A stretch of 64,000 bases of DNA. It comes from an uncultured virus (IMG/VR IMGVR_UViG_3300035698_019702) (Duplodnaviria > Heunggongvirae > Uroviricota > Caudoviricetes). The translations under genes were made by a program, and so were the position numbers. Location: IMG/VR virus record IMGVR_UViG_3300035698_019702; one strand, 5' to 3'. Positions 1 through 9,766 of the stretch are shown in pieces. The notes under the pieces are model-generated. The model worked only from the letters and a program-made list of their open reading frames with translations. It ran no database searches and was not told the origin of the DNA. The number at the start of each line of letters is the position of its first letter. Within the stretch, counting starts at the first letter, position 1.

Positions 1-1062
1 TTATTAAGTTCATCGAGAGGTTTGTGGTTATTTGACCGGACTTTAGTTGATGAAGTTCAGAATAACGATTTTATAATCTCATCGGGCACAGCGGAATATC
101 AAGCTTTTCAGAAATTCGATTTACCTTCAAATTCTACTGAGACGAAGTACGGGTTGGTTTTTCGTGATGGAATCACTTTTACTTCATCAACGACGGGGGT
201 GGCACAACTGTCATCTGGTGGTCAATTTTCATTCGCTATTTCTTTTTGGTGGTATTCGCCAGGTGCTGTGGGATATGTTAGAAACGCTCGTACTAGGAAC
301 AATACATCCAAAGTTGCCCCCATTTTGGGTATTGGGACATCAGGTATTTATGGTGATAACCTTGACAGGGAGTATATCAGTGTAGGTGAAATCCTAATTT
401 GTGAAGTTGCGGCTTCTGCAACTCAGAATGCTATCCGATATGAAGTTTGCCAGGACAATAGCAACCCAACACATAGATTTGAATCCTCAGCATACAGCCC
501 AGGTCTCCGACATGTGTTTATAAGTCACCACACAGAATCAGGTGTTTCTGTAGTTAGAATGTTTATTGATGGAAAAATGGAGCAGGAGTTCGTTGGTCCG
601 GCTCAGAATATTAACACCCCAACAAGTTCTCCTGTGAGATTGAACTCATTATATCATGGCCCTACTGCTCATAAAGTAACTCAAGATGGGGCATATATTT
701 CAGAGTTAGTTATTCGAGGGGATGCTTCATCGGGCATAGACTCAAATGAAGCAGGTTCAGTATTTAAGTTTGGCTGGGAAACTTTGCTTGATTCCGATAC
801 TTCTGCTTACCAGTATGATTACTTTGGAGTTAGTTATGAACAACCTTCCACGATAACAACCAACCAAATTTATTCCGAGGGTGGAAGTATCTATGTAGCT
901 CGATCTAACGGTGAAATAATGCGCGGAGAGAGCCCTATCTGGGATAATTCATTCAACTATACTACTGAAGGAAGTCTTCGGCATATCACTATACGAGACT
1001 CGACTAAAGCAAGCCGACTGACAACAGGGTTACAACTTACTGGTACCACCGTGAGGATATAG
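1..1062 (+). CDS. 5'-truncated putative virion protein with LamG/concanavalin-like domain
   Basis: Frame is open back to base 1. FSFAISFWW...RHVFISH...VRMFIDGK...YISELVI pattern resembles LamG-like folds. First gene of the structural block. Confidence 0.55.
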   Translation, partial: LLSSSRGLWLFDRTLVDEVQNNDFIISSGTAEYQAFQKFDLPSNSTETKYGLVFRDGITFTSSTTGVAQLSSGGQFSFAISFWWYSPGAVGYVRNARTRNNTSKVAPILGIGTSGIYGDNLDREYISVGEILICEVAASATQNAIRYEVCQDNSNPTHRFESSAYSPGLRHVFISHHTESGVSVVRMFIDGKMEQEFVGPAQNINTPTSSPVRLNSLYHGPTAHKVTQDGAYISELVIRGDASSGIDSNEAGSVFKFGWETLLDSDTSAYQYDYFGVSYEQPSTITTNQIYSEGGSIYVARSNGEIMRGESPIWDNSFNYTTEGSLRHITIRDSTKASRLTTGLQLTGTTVRI

Positions 1063-1063
1063 C

Positions 1064-4000
1064 ATGGCTCAAATAGGAAACATCAAGGTAAATGGGCTAG
1101 CTGCTGAAACATCTGTTCCAGTAGTAGCACCCCAGCCATATATCACATGGACTTTTGAAGGTGATGCTGGGTCACCAGCACAAGTTACCTATTCGATTAG
1201 GATTAGTTCTGAGTCCACTAACTGGGGTAACAGCCTATTCAGTGGGACAGTCCTATCTATTGACGTGGACAGCAGTGAGAGTTCGTATCACTATGAAGGT
1301 TTTCAACTCTCAAGGGGAGTAACGTATTATGGACAAGTTAGTGCTACTGATATTGACGAGGACTCCTTAGTTTGGACCAAGTTTTCGTTCACAGTAAACC
1401 GATTACCGTTTGTTACAGGATACTCGTTGTCGCCATCAAGCCCTACCTCATCTGATCATGTTGATCTCATCTATACTTTCCAGGATACCGATGGCCATAG
1501 TCAGGGTGGCTCCTTGATTCGGTGGTTCAAAAACAACCTTCCAATGACCGATTACGACAATCTGTGCACTTTACCATCTAGTGCTACAAACCCTGGAGAT
1601 TACTGGAGTACTAAAATTATCCCATCAGATGGGATTGAATTTGGCTCTATGGTGGAAACTATTGCCGTCACTATTGATTCTGTAGATTCAAATATTACAT
1701 TAGTCCAGATATTACCCACAGATGCCAATGTGGATGATGTTTTAAGAGTACAATATTTAATACAAGATGATGAGTATTTCACTTTCACGGGTACCACTCA
1801 AGTAGAGTGGTATGTCAACGATGTGTTATATGCTATAGGCAACGAATATATCAGACCATCGTTGATCGTAGGTGACTCTGTTTATGCAATAGTTAAGTTG
1901 CTAGATGGAGAGTCTGTTATATCACAACAAACGAGTAATACTCTTATTATCGAAGATGTACTATGGCATATTGATGACCTAACAATCAGTGGCCTGGTTG
2001 ATACGGAGAACCTAACTAACCTTGACCCGATCATTGCATGGACCACTCACAAATCCACAGCAGAACCTACTGATAAGCCAACATATTTTAGATTGCTTAT
2101 AACGAAAACCCCATCTTTGGATGGGCCAGTATATGATACTGGCATAATAGAATATGTGAAAGATTCTTATGCTATATTGGAAGGAGTTTTATCCAGAGGA
2201 CAGAGATATTATGTTCATATAGGCGTTAGTGATGAGAGTTCTATCCCAGACTCGTCGTTTATTACTAAAGAAGTTCGTATGGCGGGTTCAAGTTGGTCCG
2301 AAAACGTAAGTAATGAGACCGGGTGGACCATCGAATTCAAAGCAGGTCTAGTTTTGGATAAGTCTGATGGAACTCCCATGAACCAGCAAGAGATAGAAGA
2401 GTTAGATTATGTTCCTAACTTAGGAGTGTATATCCATGATGGATCAAGATTCTGTGCCATAACAGTTGGTTTACGATCGGTTACTTTCCTATCAGACAAC
2501 GCAGCAACATACACATTCGGCCAGAAACTCAGTAGTACTCAAATCACTTCGGCTTCCAGTGGCAAAACTTTCAGGGTTGCTGCTCAAGGTGACAACATTC
2601 GTATCTTCATGAACAACGAATTAATCATTGAAGGTGCTGGTACACTTACTAACCCATCTCTTCTGAAAATGATCGAGTATGGTGACATCGATAGCAAGAA
2701 CGAGAACACCTGTTTATTCAAATCGTTTAGATATACCACAGGTGGTGCTTATCTATTAGATAAAAGCCTGGCCGATACCAATATTTATTACTTCTCACAG
2801 ATAGGACAATTAGAGGGTGGTAGTGTAGAGTTTGTCTTCGGTGATTTTTTGTCATGGACACCAACAGATGTTGCCGAATCCAGTAAACTCATTCAGTTCA
2901 ATGAGAACAACGAGGTAACACGATTAGCCACCGTCAGTAGAAATTTCTCTCCTATCACTGCAATATATATTGATGAATCCCGTACAAAATATATCGGAAC
3001 TGCGAATGGGGTTACACAAATTAGCGGTGAAAAACATGACCCAGATTATGAGTTCCTAACAGACGATCTAGAGATAGAAATACCACCTGAAGATTTTGAC
3101 AGGATGAGTACTGTCCCCTCAGATAAGATTGCTGCTGTAGAACCGAATTATAGGCAAGGGTGGTTCACAGTTGATACTACGTACAGGAGTCTTGGTGCTG
3201 TTGAGACCCAGACAGGTTTCTTCAGTGGTGACCCATATGATCCCTATAAATTTGCTATCTCTAGCCACGCGATTCACTACTACTCTCAAAGAACTCATGG
3301 TCACTCGTGGTATGACAACGTAGATAATGAAAAGGGGTGGCAAGTATCCTTTGGATTTGATCTAGAAGTATTGGAGGCAGATGACTATGAGGATCAGAAT
3401 CTAGATAAGACTGGTTTCGGCATATATATCAATGATGGAGCAAGACAAGAAGTACTCTACTTCTACGAGGATCGTATTCGTTTGTTTTATGCCAATGTCT
3501 ATATCCCTATATCAACAGCAAATGCTCGTGACTATGTTATCGCTGGCAAAGGTGACAATCTTCTGATCTACCAGAAGTTGCAAAGTAGTTCGTCATCAAG
3601 TTATAGCCTCGTGATGAACGCTTCTGGTCTATTTACAACTCCTGCTTCGATTTCAGGGAATAGTCGCAAACCAGTGGTCGCTGTTGATAGCAGTGGAATA
3701 TATCATGCAGTGTGGCACGATGACGGTAATGGTCGATCTCAGATACTATATAGTTTCTTTGATGGGCAATCATGGAGTAACCCAGAAGTTCTTACGGAGT
3801 CGATACAATTTTCTATGAAAAACCCATCGGTCGCCATAGACAGTCTAGATCGAATCTGGATTGCATATGAAGATACATCTTGGGGTCAAAGTGAAATATC
3901 TGTAAGCGTCAAAGATTCTGGTGGGTGGAACCCAAAAACCAGGGTAACTAATACTCAAAGTAACAAGGGAAGGCCCGATATACAGGCTGATACAGAGGAT

Positions 4001-7000
4001 AATATTCATTTAGTATGGGAAGATGATAGGGATGGACATTACAAAATCTTCTGGGCACAATGGAATAACGCTGATAGAGCTTGGGAATCTTCTGGGCAGT
4101 TTGGTGAAGACTCGCCAATTATGCAATTCAGCTCCTATGATGAATATCAAGTTGATGAGGCCGTAGAGTTCAAAAACCCAAAACTAGGGCTAATATACCC
4201 ATATATTTATGTAGTATGTGAAGGGCATTATCAAAACAGCCTTACTTCTGCTATATATATGGGTTTTCGTGATCTAGTAGAGAAGTTTTGGAATACCTCT
4301 GGAGCAGTTTTAACGGATGACAGTGCTGAGTTTAGTGGGTTTGGTCAACCAGTGCTTGTAAGTGATTCTGCCAGAAATGCATGGAACCCTTCTATATCCA
4401 CTACATCCTCGTATAAGCAGTATGTGATAGCCTGGGAGGATAGGACTGAACCGATATCGCAGATTTATGGCGCTTCATACTATTACACTGGGTTGCCTCG
4501 CGAAAATGCCCAACCATTAACTAGCTATAGTTCAGATTGCTCAAACCCTTCGGTCGGGTTTGCAGGGATGCAGGGAGTTGTTGCGTTTGAAAGAAACAAC
4601 AGTATCTACACATGTTCGTATAACCCACTATCAAGTGAGTTTAGTTCTTCTTATAATGGTGGTACAGACTCACTTATAGATACTGGCACACGATCAGTAT
4701 CTAATCCTGCTTTGTCAAAAATATCCGTAGCTTCGACGCTTGTATTGTTATACGATTTTAACTTAGTAAGAACTGATGGCACATTATCGAGCAAAGAGTA
4801 CCCAGAGTATCAGTTAATTGGTGATGCCACTGTAGATCACATAGTAACTCAGACTGACATAGATCCTGGACCAGCTCAAGTCTTTGAACATGCCTATGCA
4901 ACTACTACACTAGGCATTGACACCGTTAGCAACGTTGATACCAAAGAGTTTGCTTTTGGTGACTTTGCTGAAAATGTTGGATTGGTTGCTCATTGGCAAG
5001 ACATGAGAATGTACTTTGGGTACGATGCTCGGCCTCAGAGTATAGTCTTTTACAATAGTGACACTGTACAAAACTGGCCAGACCCAAGGATCAACGACTT
5101 GTTTGTAGACACTTTCGGCAATGTGGTCGCAGCCACTTTTGGTGGATTAGTGTATTACAACATAGGTACTGGTAAATTGCTGCAAATTGAAGGGCATACC
5201 AGCAGTTACAATGGCACCTGTGAGGCTGCTACTTGCCTGTTAATGGAAGTTGATACTGATTCAGGTGATGCTCGTGGCATATTAACTACAGCAGTCAAGT
5301 GGGGTGGCAACGGAATCTGGTATGTAGGTACTACTAACGGAGTGATTGTATCACAGAATGCTGGTAAGGAATGGGCCACTCTAGACGCAGTAGCTAGTGG
5401 CGATACTGCAACTGGAACAAAGATCGTTAACGATATTGCGGTAGATCGGGATGGCAAGGCTTATATTGCTGCTCATGAGGAAGGAGCGACGACTGGCTAT
5501 GTTTATATAGCGATGCCTAATACTAGCACTGTCGAAATTATAGTTGATGAGATAATCAAGACTATTGAGGTAGACGATAACTATATCATATGGGCTGGAT
5601 CGGATAAAGGGTTGTGGCGTATTGAGAATGCTAGAAACAAGCTCAAGTTTGATCGTAATAGCGGAATGAAATCTGCTCACATCAACGACATTGCTATAGT
5701 TAACAAACATTTAAGATATTTGGCAACGGCTAACGGTGTTGAAAAGATGATCGGGTTAACGTTTAGTAATCTTAACGTTGACACACATGGTTTTATTAAC
5801 AACAACGTCAACTCAGTCAGATGGGACGCAAGTACTAACAGTTTATGGGTTGGAGCATTGCACACCCTGCATGAGATTGTCTTCAGGGATGAATCTCATG
5901 AGATAATTGAAAATGAGATTGTTCACTATGACAATTCTGAGATATCAACTGAAGATTCATATGATAAGAACATATACTACATCATTGACCCCGATACGAT
6001 TGAGTCTAAGAATTTAACTACCGAATCTGCCACAGTGTTTATCAATCGCAACCCGATTGATTTTGGGTATGTAGTATCAGAATCATCTGTTTTCTTCTTG
6101 ACGGATTTATTGACAAGTGACCAGGTTGAAGTTGAAGTTTCGGAAAGGTTTATTGAGTTCCACGATTTCAACCAGAAGTCTATTGAGAAAGAGGTGTTAG
6201 GTACTAAAAGATCAGTTATCACCAAGGTTGATAAAACAAGTCAGGATCAGTTTATATTCTTGTCGGGTGGGGACAAGAACTCTGTTTTACTCTATTCAGG
6301 TGAAACCAGTTTACCGTTCACCACAATCACCTTGGATACCAGGCCACCTGAAGGATGTATCGAGAAACTTGAGACACTTAGTAGAACCAAGATAAGATTT
6401 CGCATCTTTGCAACTGATGATTTGTCAGGTGTAGATGGGTTTATGCTATCTAACTATCCTAACTTTACCTCTGATGGTGAAACTCCACTAGATTTCCAAT
6501 CCGCACAGACCATCTATGAGCATGATATTGGCGAGGGTATAAACAACGTATTTGATAGTTTAACAATACCTAGCACGGTCACCATTGGGCCTACTACATA
6601 TGATGTTGGTACTGGTGCTGCTATCTCGCCTTGGTTTGATGAAAGAACCGGAATAACATACCTATTCATGGCAACTAGTGCCCCAACAATTGTGTTCAGG
6701 TACGACCCCACCACAGACGAGTGGACCGGCGTACAAGCACTGGACACTACAGATATCAATCGTATTGTAACTGGAATGAAAACAATAGATAACATAGTCT
6801 ACCTGACAACAGGGTCTCCAACCACTGATGCTGAAGGCAATATATGGCGATGCACTGATGGAATAGCAGAACAACCATTCGGAAAATTGGGTGGCACAGC
6901 AAGTGCACAGTATGCAAGAGGCATTTCCTCTGGATCAGATCAAACGGTTTATTTCGGAGCCAGCAACGGTACTATTTATCAAATTAAGGACAATAACCTG

Positions 7001-9349
7001 TCGATTCTATATCGGAATATTGGTGAAGAGGTTAATGATTTGGATGTATTTGCCACCACTATGATTGTGGGCACTGGAAATGCTGGACGAATCTACTCTA
7101 TCAACCTTGAAACCAATGACAACCTAATCATATTTGATTCGTCGGATAACGATATCAATAAGATTCATATCAAGGATTCAAAGACGGTTGGCTCGCCGGA
7201 TCAAGCATTGTTATATGTAGGCTCTAGTGATTCTACTACTGTCTATCGCACTAATCTAGATTCGTTAGATTTTGTTAAGAGTTACAGTTCATTTGGAAAT
7301 GACATTAACTTGATTGATAGCCCGGAAAATATAGTTTTCGAGTCAGATCAGTCTCAGCGTGCAAGTGGAACATCCACAGTAGTGGCCATCGGAGATTCGC
7401 TATTTAAGCACATTATACCTGCTTGGGAGTTTTTCTATAGACATGATGAGTCTATTAGAGATTTCACCCAATACGTAACGAACGGCGTTGAAGGTCTTTG
7501 GCTAGTCTCTGACACCAAAGTTACAAAATGGACCGCTGAATTCACGGAGAAGACAGTTTATCTACGATTACGAGACAATGCTGGGAATATTAGTGCTCCA
7601 CCAGCATTATATGATGCACATGGGAATGCCATAGTCTGTCCAGATGAGGCTGCTAGTCCTCCAGTGACATGCTGCTCTGCATACTCAATCAAGATTGAAG
7701 ACTTGGCAGATTTTGTTAACGAAGGACGTATTGTAGATGTGGATAACCAAGGTAACGTTGGCTATGCTTATGAGTCTCCGAATAACCAAGTATTTTATGC
7801 AGCAGATCAAGTTGATCAGGAGATCGGAATTTACACCTCGGAAATTTTGAATGGGTCTAATGATCTCGTTTCTTGGAAATCGATCACTTGGGAATCAGAT
7901 GAGCCTATTAGCACAAGTGTTAATGTACAAATTAGAACTGGGGTTACAGAGGATAATGTTGAGGACTCGGATTGGAGTGCAAATGTAATACTTGAGTCAA
8001 GTGGTTTAGCATCACTTGAACACATAACTGACCAGTATTTACAGTTTAGAGTAACTCTAGCTAGCCAAGTACGTGACTTGTCTCCAACTCTGTCTTCTGT
8101 CACTTTAAGGAACCTGACTTCGCAAGCAAGCCACTTTTTCACGACCAACTTTGTTCTACCTAGTAGACCTGTTAAAGGTGTGTTGACTGCTAATACTTAC
8201 ATACCAGTGTCATCAGACATTGTATTTGGTATTAACACAAAGGATAGTGTTGACTTTGGTGATTATCAAATTGTAGAGACTAACCGTCTCTTTACAACGA
8301 CTCAAGGGCAATTTGGTAGTAACTTACGTGTTGGAGCTAAGCTATTATCTCCTGGGTTACCACAGTTACAAGCCACTAACGATCCTGGTGATCCGTATGA
8401 TGCAGCATCGTTTATATGCAATATTGAATTCGACTATGAGAACATTAGTCCTGCGAGCAAAGATTATGATTTCAGGATTAGATTCTATAGTGATCGGTAT
8501 AGAACACAACTAGGTTATACATTTTTTACAGGTAATGACCAGACTGGATGGTCACATGAAGGTGGCGCAGATAATATATTCCCGGCATCTGGGCTAACTC
8601 TAGCAAGTGGTGAGTCTAAATCTGTTTATTTCGCACCACTAAGCCAAGTGGATCGTAATCAAAAGTGGTATATTACAGTTGAGACGAAAAGCACGGATAT
8701 TGGATCAGAGTATGAGTTGTTAATTACAGACAAATCATACATCTGTTCTGCTTGTAACATAACCTATGTGGCAGGTCTGATAGCTGAGTATTACGATATT
8801 ACGGGGTGCGTATATGAAATTCCGAATTTCGGTCCCATTACCCCAGACTATATTCTGACTGACACTCATATAAACTTCCCTGAGATACCAGGTATCACAC
8901 CTTGGACAACTAGTCAAGGACAAGTACTGTCCAATTTCAGATATGGTTGGGTTGCGAGATGGCGCGGATCAATCTATGCTCCCGTGGCAGGTGAGTATGG
9001 GTTTGTGCTCACATCCGACGATGGGTCCAAACTGTTTGTTGATACTGCTGTTGTAATAACTAACGACGGAGAACACTCAAATATGACATCAGCATATGGA
9101 ACGATAGAATTGTCGGCAGGGTACCACGATATAGAAGTCCACTACTTCCAGGGAGGAGGAGAGAAGGGTATTATCTTAGAGTGGGTTCCTCCAGGCGAAT
9201 CACAAAGTGTTGTGCCTGAAGCAAACTTAGCTCACCCTGTTACAGACGAATATTGCGAGCTAAATGTTCCACAAATTTTCAACTTTATTGTACAGTTCGA
9301 TTTAGATAATGGCGAGACAGTTCAGGTTAATTTGACACCACCATCGTAA
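1064..9349 (+). CDS. Giant putative tail/adhesion protein (2761 aa): Ig-like repeats, LamG-like domains, beta-propellers, C-terminal PA14 domain
   Basis: Propeller repeats (HAVWHDD, WIAYEDT, HLVWEDD, IAWEDRT; IWYVGTTNG, IWAGSDKGL). PA14 motif ARWRGSIYAP...GFVLTSDDGSKLFVD...NDGEH...GYHDIEVHYFQGGG at about 8770-9235. Confidence 0.7.
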   Translation: MAQIGNIKVNGLAAETSVPVVAPQPYITWTFEGDAGSPAQVTYSIRISSESTNWGNSLFSGTVLSIDVDSSESSYHYEGFQLSRGVTYYGQVSATDIDEDSLVWTKFSFTVNRLPFVTGYSLSPSSPTSSDHVDLIYTFQDTDGHSQGGSLIRWFKNNLPMTDYDNLCTLPSSATNPGDYWSTKIIPSDGIEFGSMVETIAVTIDSVDSNITLVQILPTDANVDDVLRVQYLIQDDEYFTFTGTTQVEWYVNDVLYAIGNEYIRPSLIVGDSVYAIVKLLDGESVISQQTSNTLIIEDVLWHIDDLTISGLVDTENLTNLDPIIAWTTHKSTAEPTDKPTYFRLLITKTPSLDGPVYDTGIIEYVKDSYAILEGVLSRGQRYYVHIGVSDESSIPDSSFITKEVRMAGSSWSENVSNETGWTIEFKAGLVLDKSDGTPMNQQEIEELDYVPNLGVYIHDGSRFCAITVGLRSVTFLSDNAATYTFGQKLSSTQITSASSGKTFRVAAQGDNIRIFMNNELIIEGAGTLTNPSLLKMIEYGDIDSKNENTCLFKSFRYTTGGAYLLDKSLADTNIYYFSQIGQLEGGSVEFVFGDFLSWTPTDVAESSKLIQFNENNEVTRLATVSRNFSPITAIYIDESRTKYIGTANGVTQISGEKHDPDYEFLTDDLEIEIPPEDFDRMSTVPSDKIAAVEPNYRQGWFTVDTTYRSLGAVETQTGFFSGDPYDPYKFAISSHAIHYYSQRTHGHSWYDNVDNEKGWQVSFGFDLEVLEADDYEDQNLDKTGFGIYINDGARQEVLYFYEDRIRLFYANVYIPISTANARDYVIAGKGDNLLIYQKLQSSSSSSYSLVMNASGLFTTPASISGNSRKPVVAVDSSGIYHAVWHDDGNGRSQILYSFFDGQSWSNPEVLTESIQFSMKNPSVAIDSLDRIWIAYEDTSWGQSEISVSVKDSGGWNPKTRVTNTQSNKGRPDIQADTEDNIHLVWEDDRDGHYKIFWAQWNNADRAWESSGQFGEDSPIMQFSSYDEYQVDEAVEFKNPKLGLIYPYIYVVCEGHYQNSLTSAIYMGFRDLVEKFWNTSGAVLTDDSAEFSGFGQPVLVSDSARNAWNPSISTTSSYKQYVIAWEDRTEPISQIYGASYYYTGLPRENAQPLTSYSSDCSNPSVGFAGMQGVVAFERNNSIYTCSYNPLSSEFSSSYNGGTDSLIDTGTRSVSNPALSKISVASTLVLLYDFNLVRTDGTLSSKEYPEYQLIGDATVDHIVTQTDIDPGPAQVFEHAYATTTLGIDTVSNVDTKEFAFGDFAENVGLVAHWQDMRMYFGYDARPQSIVFYNSDTVQNWPDPRINDLFVDTFGNVVAATFGGLVYYNIGTGKLLQIEGHTSSYNGTCEAATCLLMEVDTDSGDARGILTTAVKWGGNGIWYVGTTNGVIVSQNAGKEWATLDAVASGDTATGTKIVNDIAVDRDGKAYIAAHEEGATTGYVYIAMPNTSTVEIIVDEIIKTIEVDDNYIIWAGSDKGLWRIENARNKLKFDRNSGMKSAHINDIAIVNKHLRYLATANGVEKMIGLTFSNLNVDTHGFINNNVNSVRWDASTNSLWVGALHTLHEIVFRDESHEIIENEIVHYDNSEISTEDSYDKNIYYIIDPDTIESKNLTTESATVFINRNPIDFGYVVSESSVFFLTDLLTSDQVEVEVSERFIEFHDFNQKSIEKEVLGTKRSVITKVDKTSQDQFIFLSGGDKNSVLLYSGETSLPFTTITLDTRPPEGCIEKLETLSRTKIRFRIFATDDLSGVDGFMLSNYPNFTSDGETPLDFQSAQTIYEHDIGEGINNVFDSLTIPSTVTIGPTTYDVGTGAAISPWFDERTGITYLFMATSAPTIVFRYDPTTDEWTGVQALDTTDINRIVTGMKTIDNIVYLTTGSPTTDAEGNIWRCTDGIAEQPFGKLGGTASAQYARGISSGSDQTVYFGASNGTIYQIKDNNLSILYRNIGEEVNDLDVFATTMIVGTGNAGRIYSINLETNDNLIIFDSSDNDINKIHIKDSKTVGSPDQALLYVGSSDSTTVYRTNLDSLDFVKSYSSFGNDINLIDSPENIVFESDQSQRASGTSTVVAIGDSLFKHIIPAWEFFYRHDESIRDFTQYVTNGVEGLWLVSDTKVTKWTAEFTEKTVYLRLRDNAGNISAPPALYDAHGNAIVCPDEAASPPVTCCSAYSIKIEDLADFVNEGRIVDVDNQGNVGYAYESPNNQVFYAADQVDQEIGIYTSEILNGSNDLVSWKSITWESDEPISTSVNVQIRTGVTEDNVEDSDWSANVILESSGLASLEHITDQYLQFRVTLASQVRDLSPTLSSVTLRNLTSQASHFFTTNFVLPSRPVKGVLTANTYIPVSSDIVFGINTKDSVDFGDYQIVETNRLFTTTQGQFGSNLRVGAKLLSPGLPQLQATNDPGDPYDAASFICNIEFDYENISPASKDYDFRIRFYSDRYRTQLGYTFFTGNDQTGWSHEGGADNIFPASGLTLASGESKSVYFAPLSQVDRNQKWYITVETKSTDIGSEYELLITDKSYICSACNITYVAGLIAEYYDITGCVYEIPNFGPITPDYILTDTHINFPEIPGITPWTTSQGQVLSNFRYGWVARWRGSIYAPVAGEYGFVLTSDDGSKLFVDTAVVITNDGEHSNMTSAYGTIELSAGYHDIEVHYFQGGGEKGIILEWVPPGESQSVVPEANLAHPVTDEYCELNVPQIFNFIVQFDLDNGETVQVNLTPPS

Positions 9350-9367
9350 CATTTTCGGGAAGATACC

Positions 9368-9766
9368 ATGACCGATATCAGACAATTAGGAAAGACAATT
9401 TCCGCAAATGCTTTTCAATGTTATATACGAAGACATATAAAACTGCTAGGAGAATTTTCATCTCTATCCCGATCACATTACTTTCAATGTGTCATATGTA
9501 GTAACCTTTGGCAAACTAACGCAGTAAATATATGGAATGGTAGAGGATGCAGGATATGTTCTGTAAACAGAAAAAGAACATCAATTGATGACTTACATAA
9601 ATTAGGGACAGAGAGAGGTTTACGACTGTTGTCTGATAAATGTATGGGAATAAGTACACAACACACCTGGCAATGTATGTCATGTAGTAGAACTTTGCAT
9701 ATTAAACCATCTAATGTCAGGCGCGGAACTACTTGTAAATGTAAAAAGCATGCCAATTCGAACTGA
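9368..9766 (+). CDS. Small basic protein with two zinc-ribbon repeats, resembling homing-endonuclease DNA-binding modules; no nuclease domain seen
   Basis: Two similar units: KLLGEF...FQCVICSNLW...NIWNGRGCRIC and RLLSDK...WQCMSCSRTL...NVRRGTTCKC. Confidence 0.55.
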   Translation: MTDIRQLGKTISANAFQCYIRRHIKLLGEFSSLSRSHYFQCVICSNLWQTNAVNIWNGRGCRICSVNRKRTSIDDLHKLGTERGLRLLSDKCMGISTQHTWQCMSCSRTLHIKPSNVRRGTTCKCKKHANSN

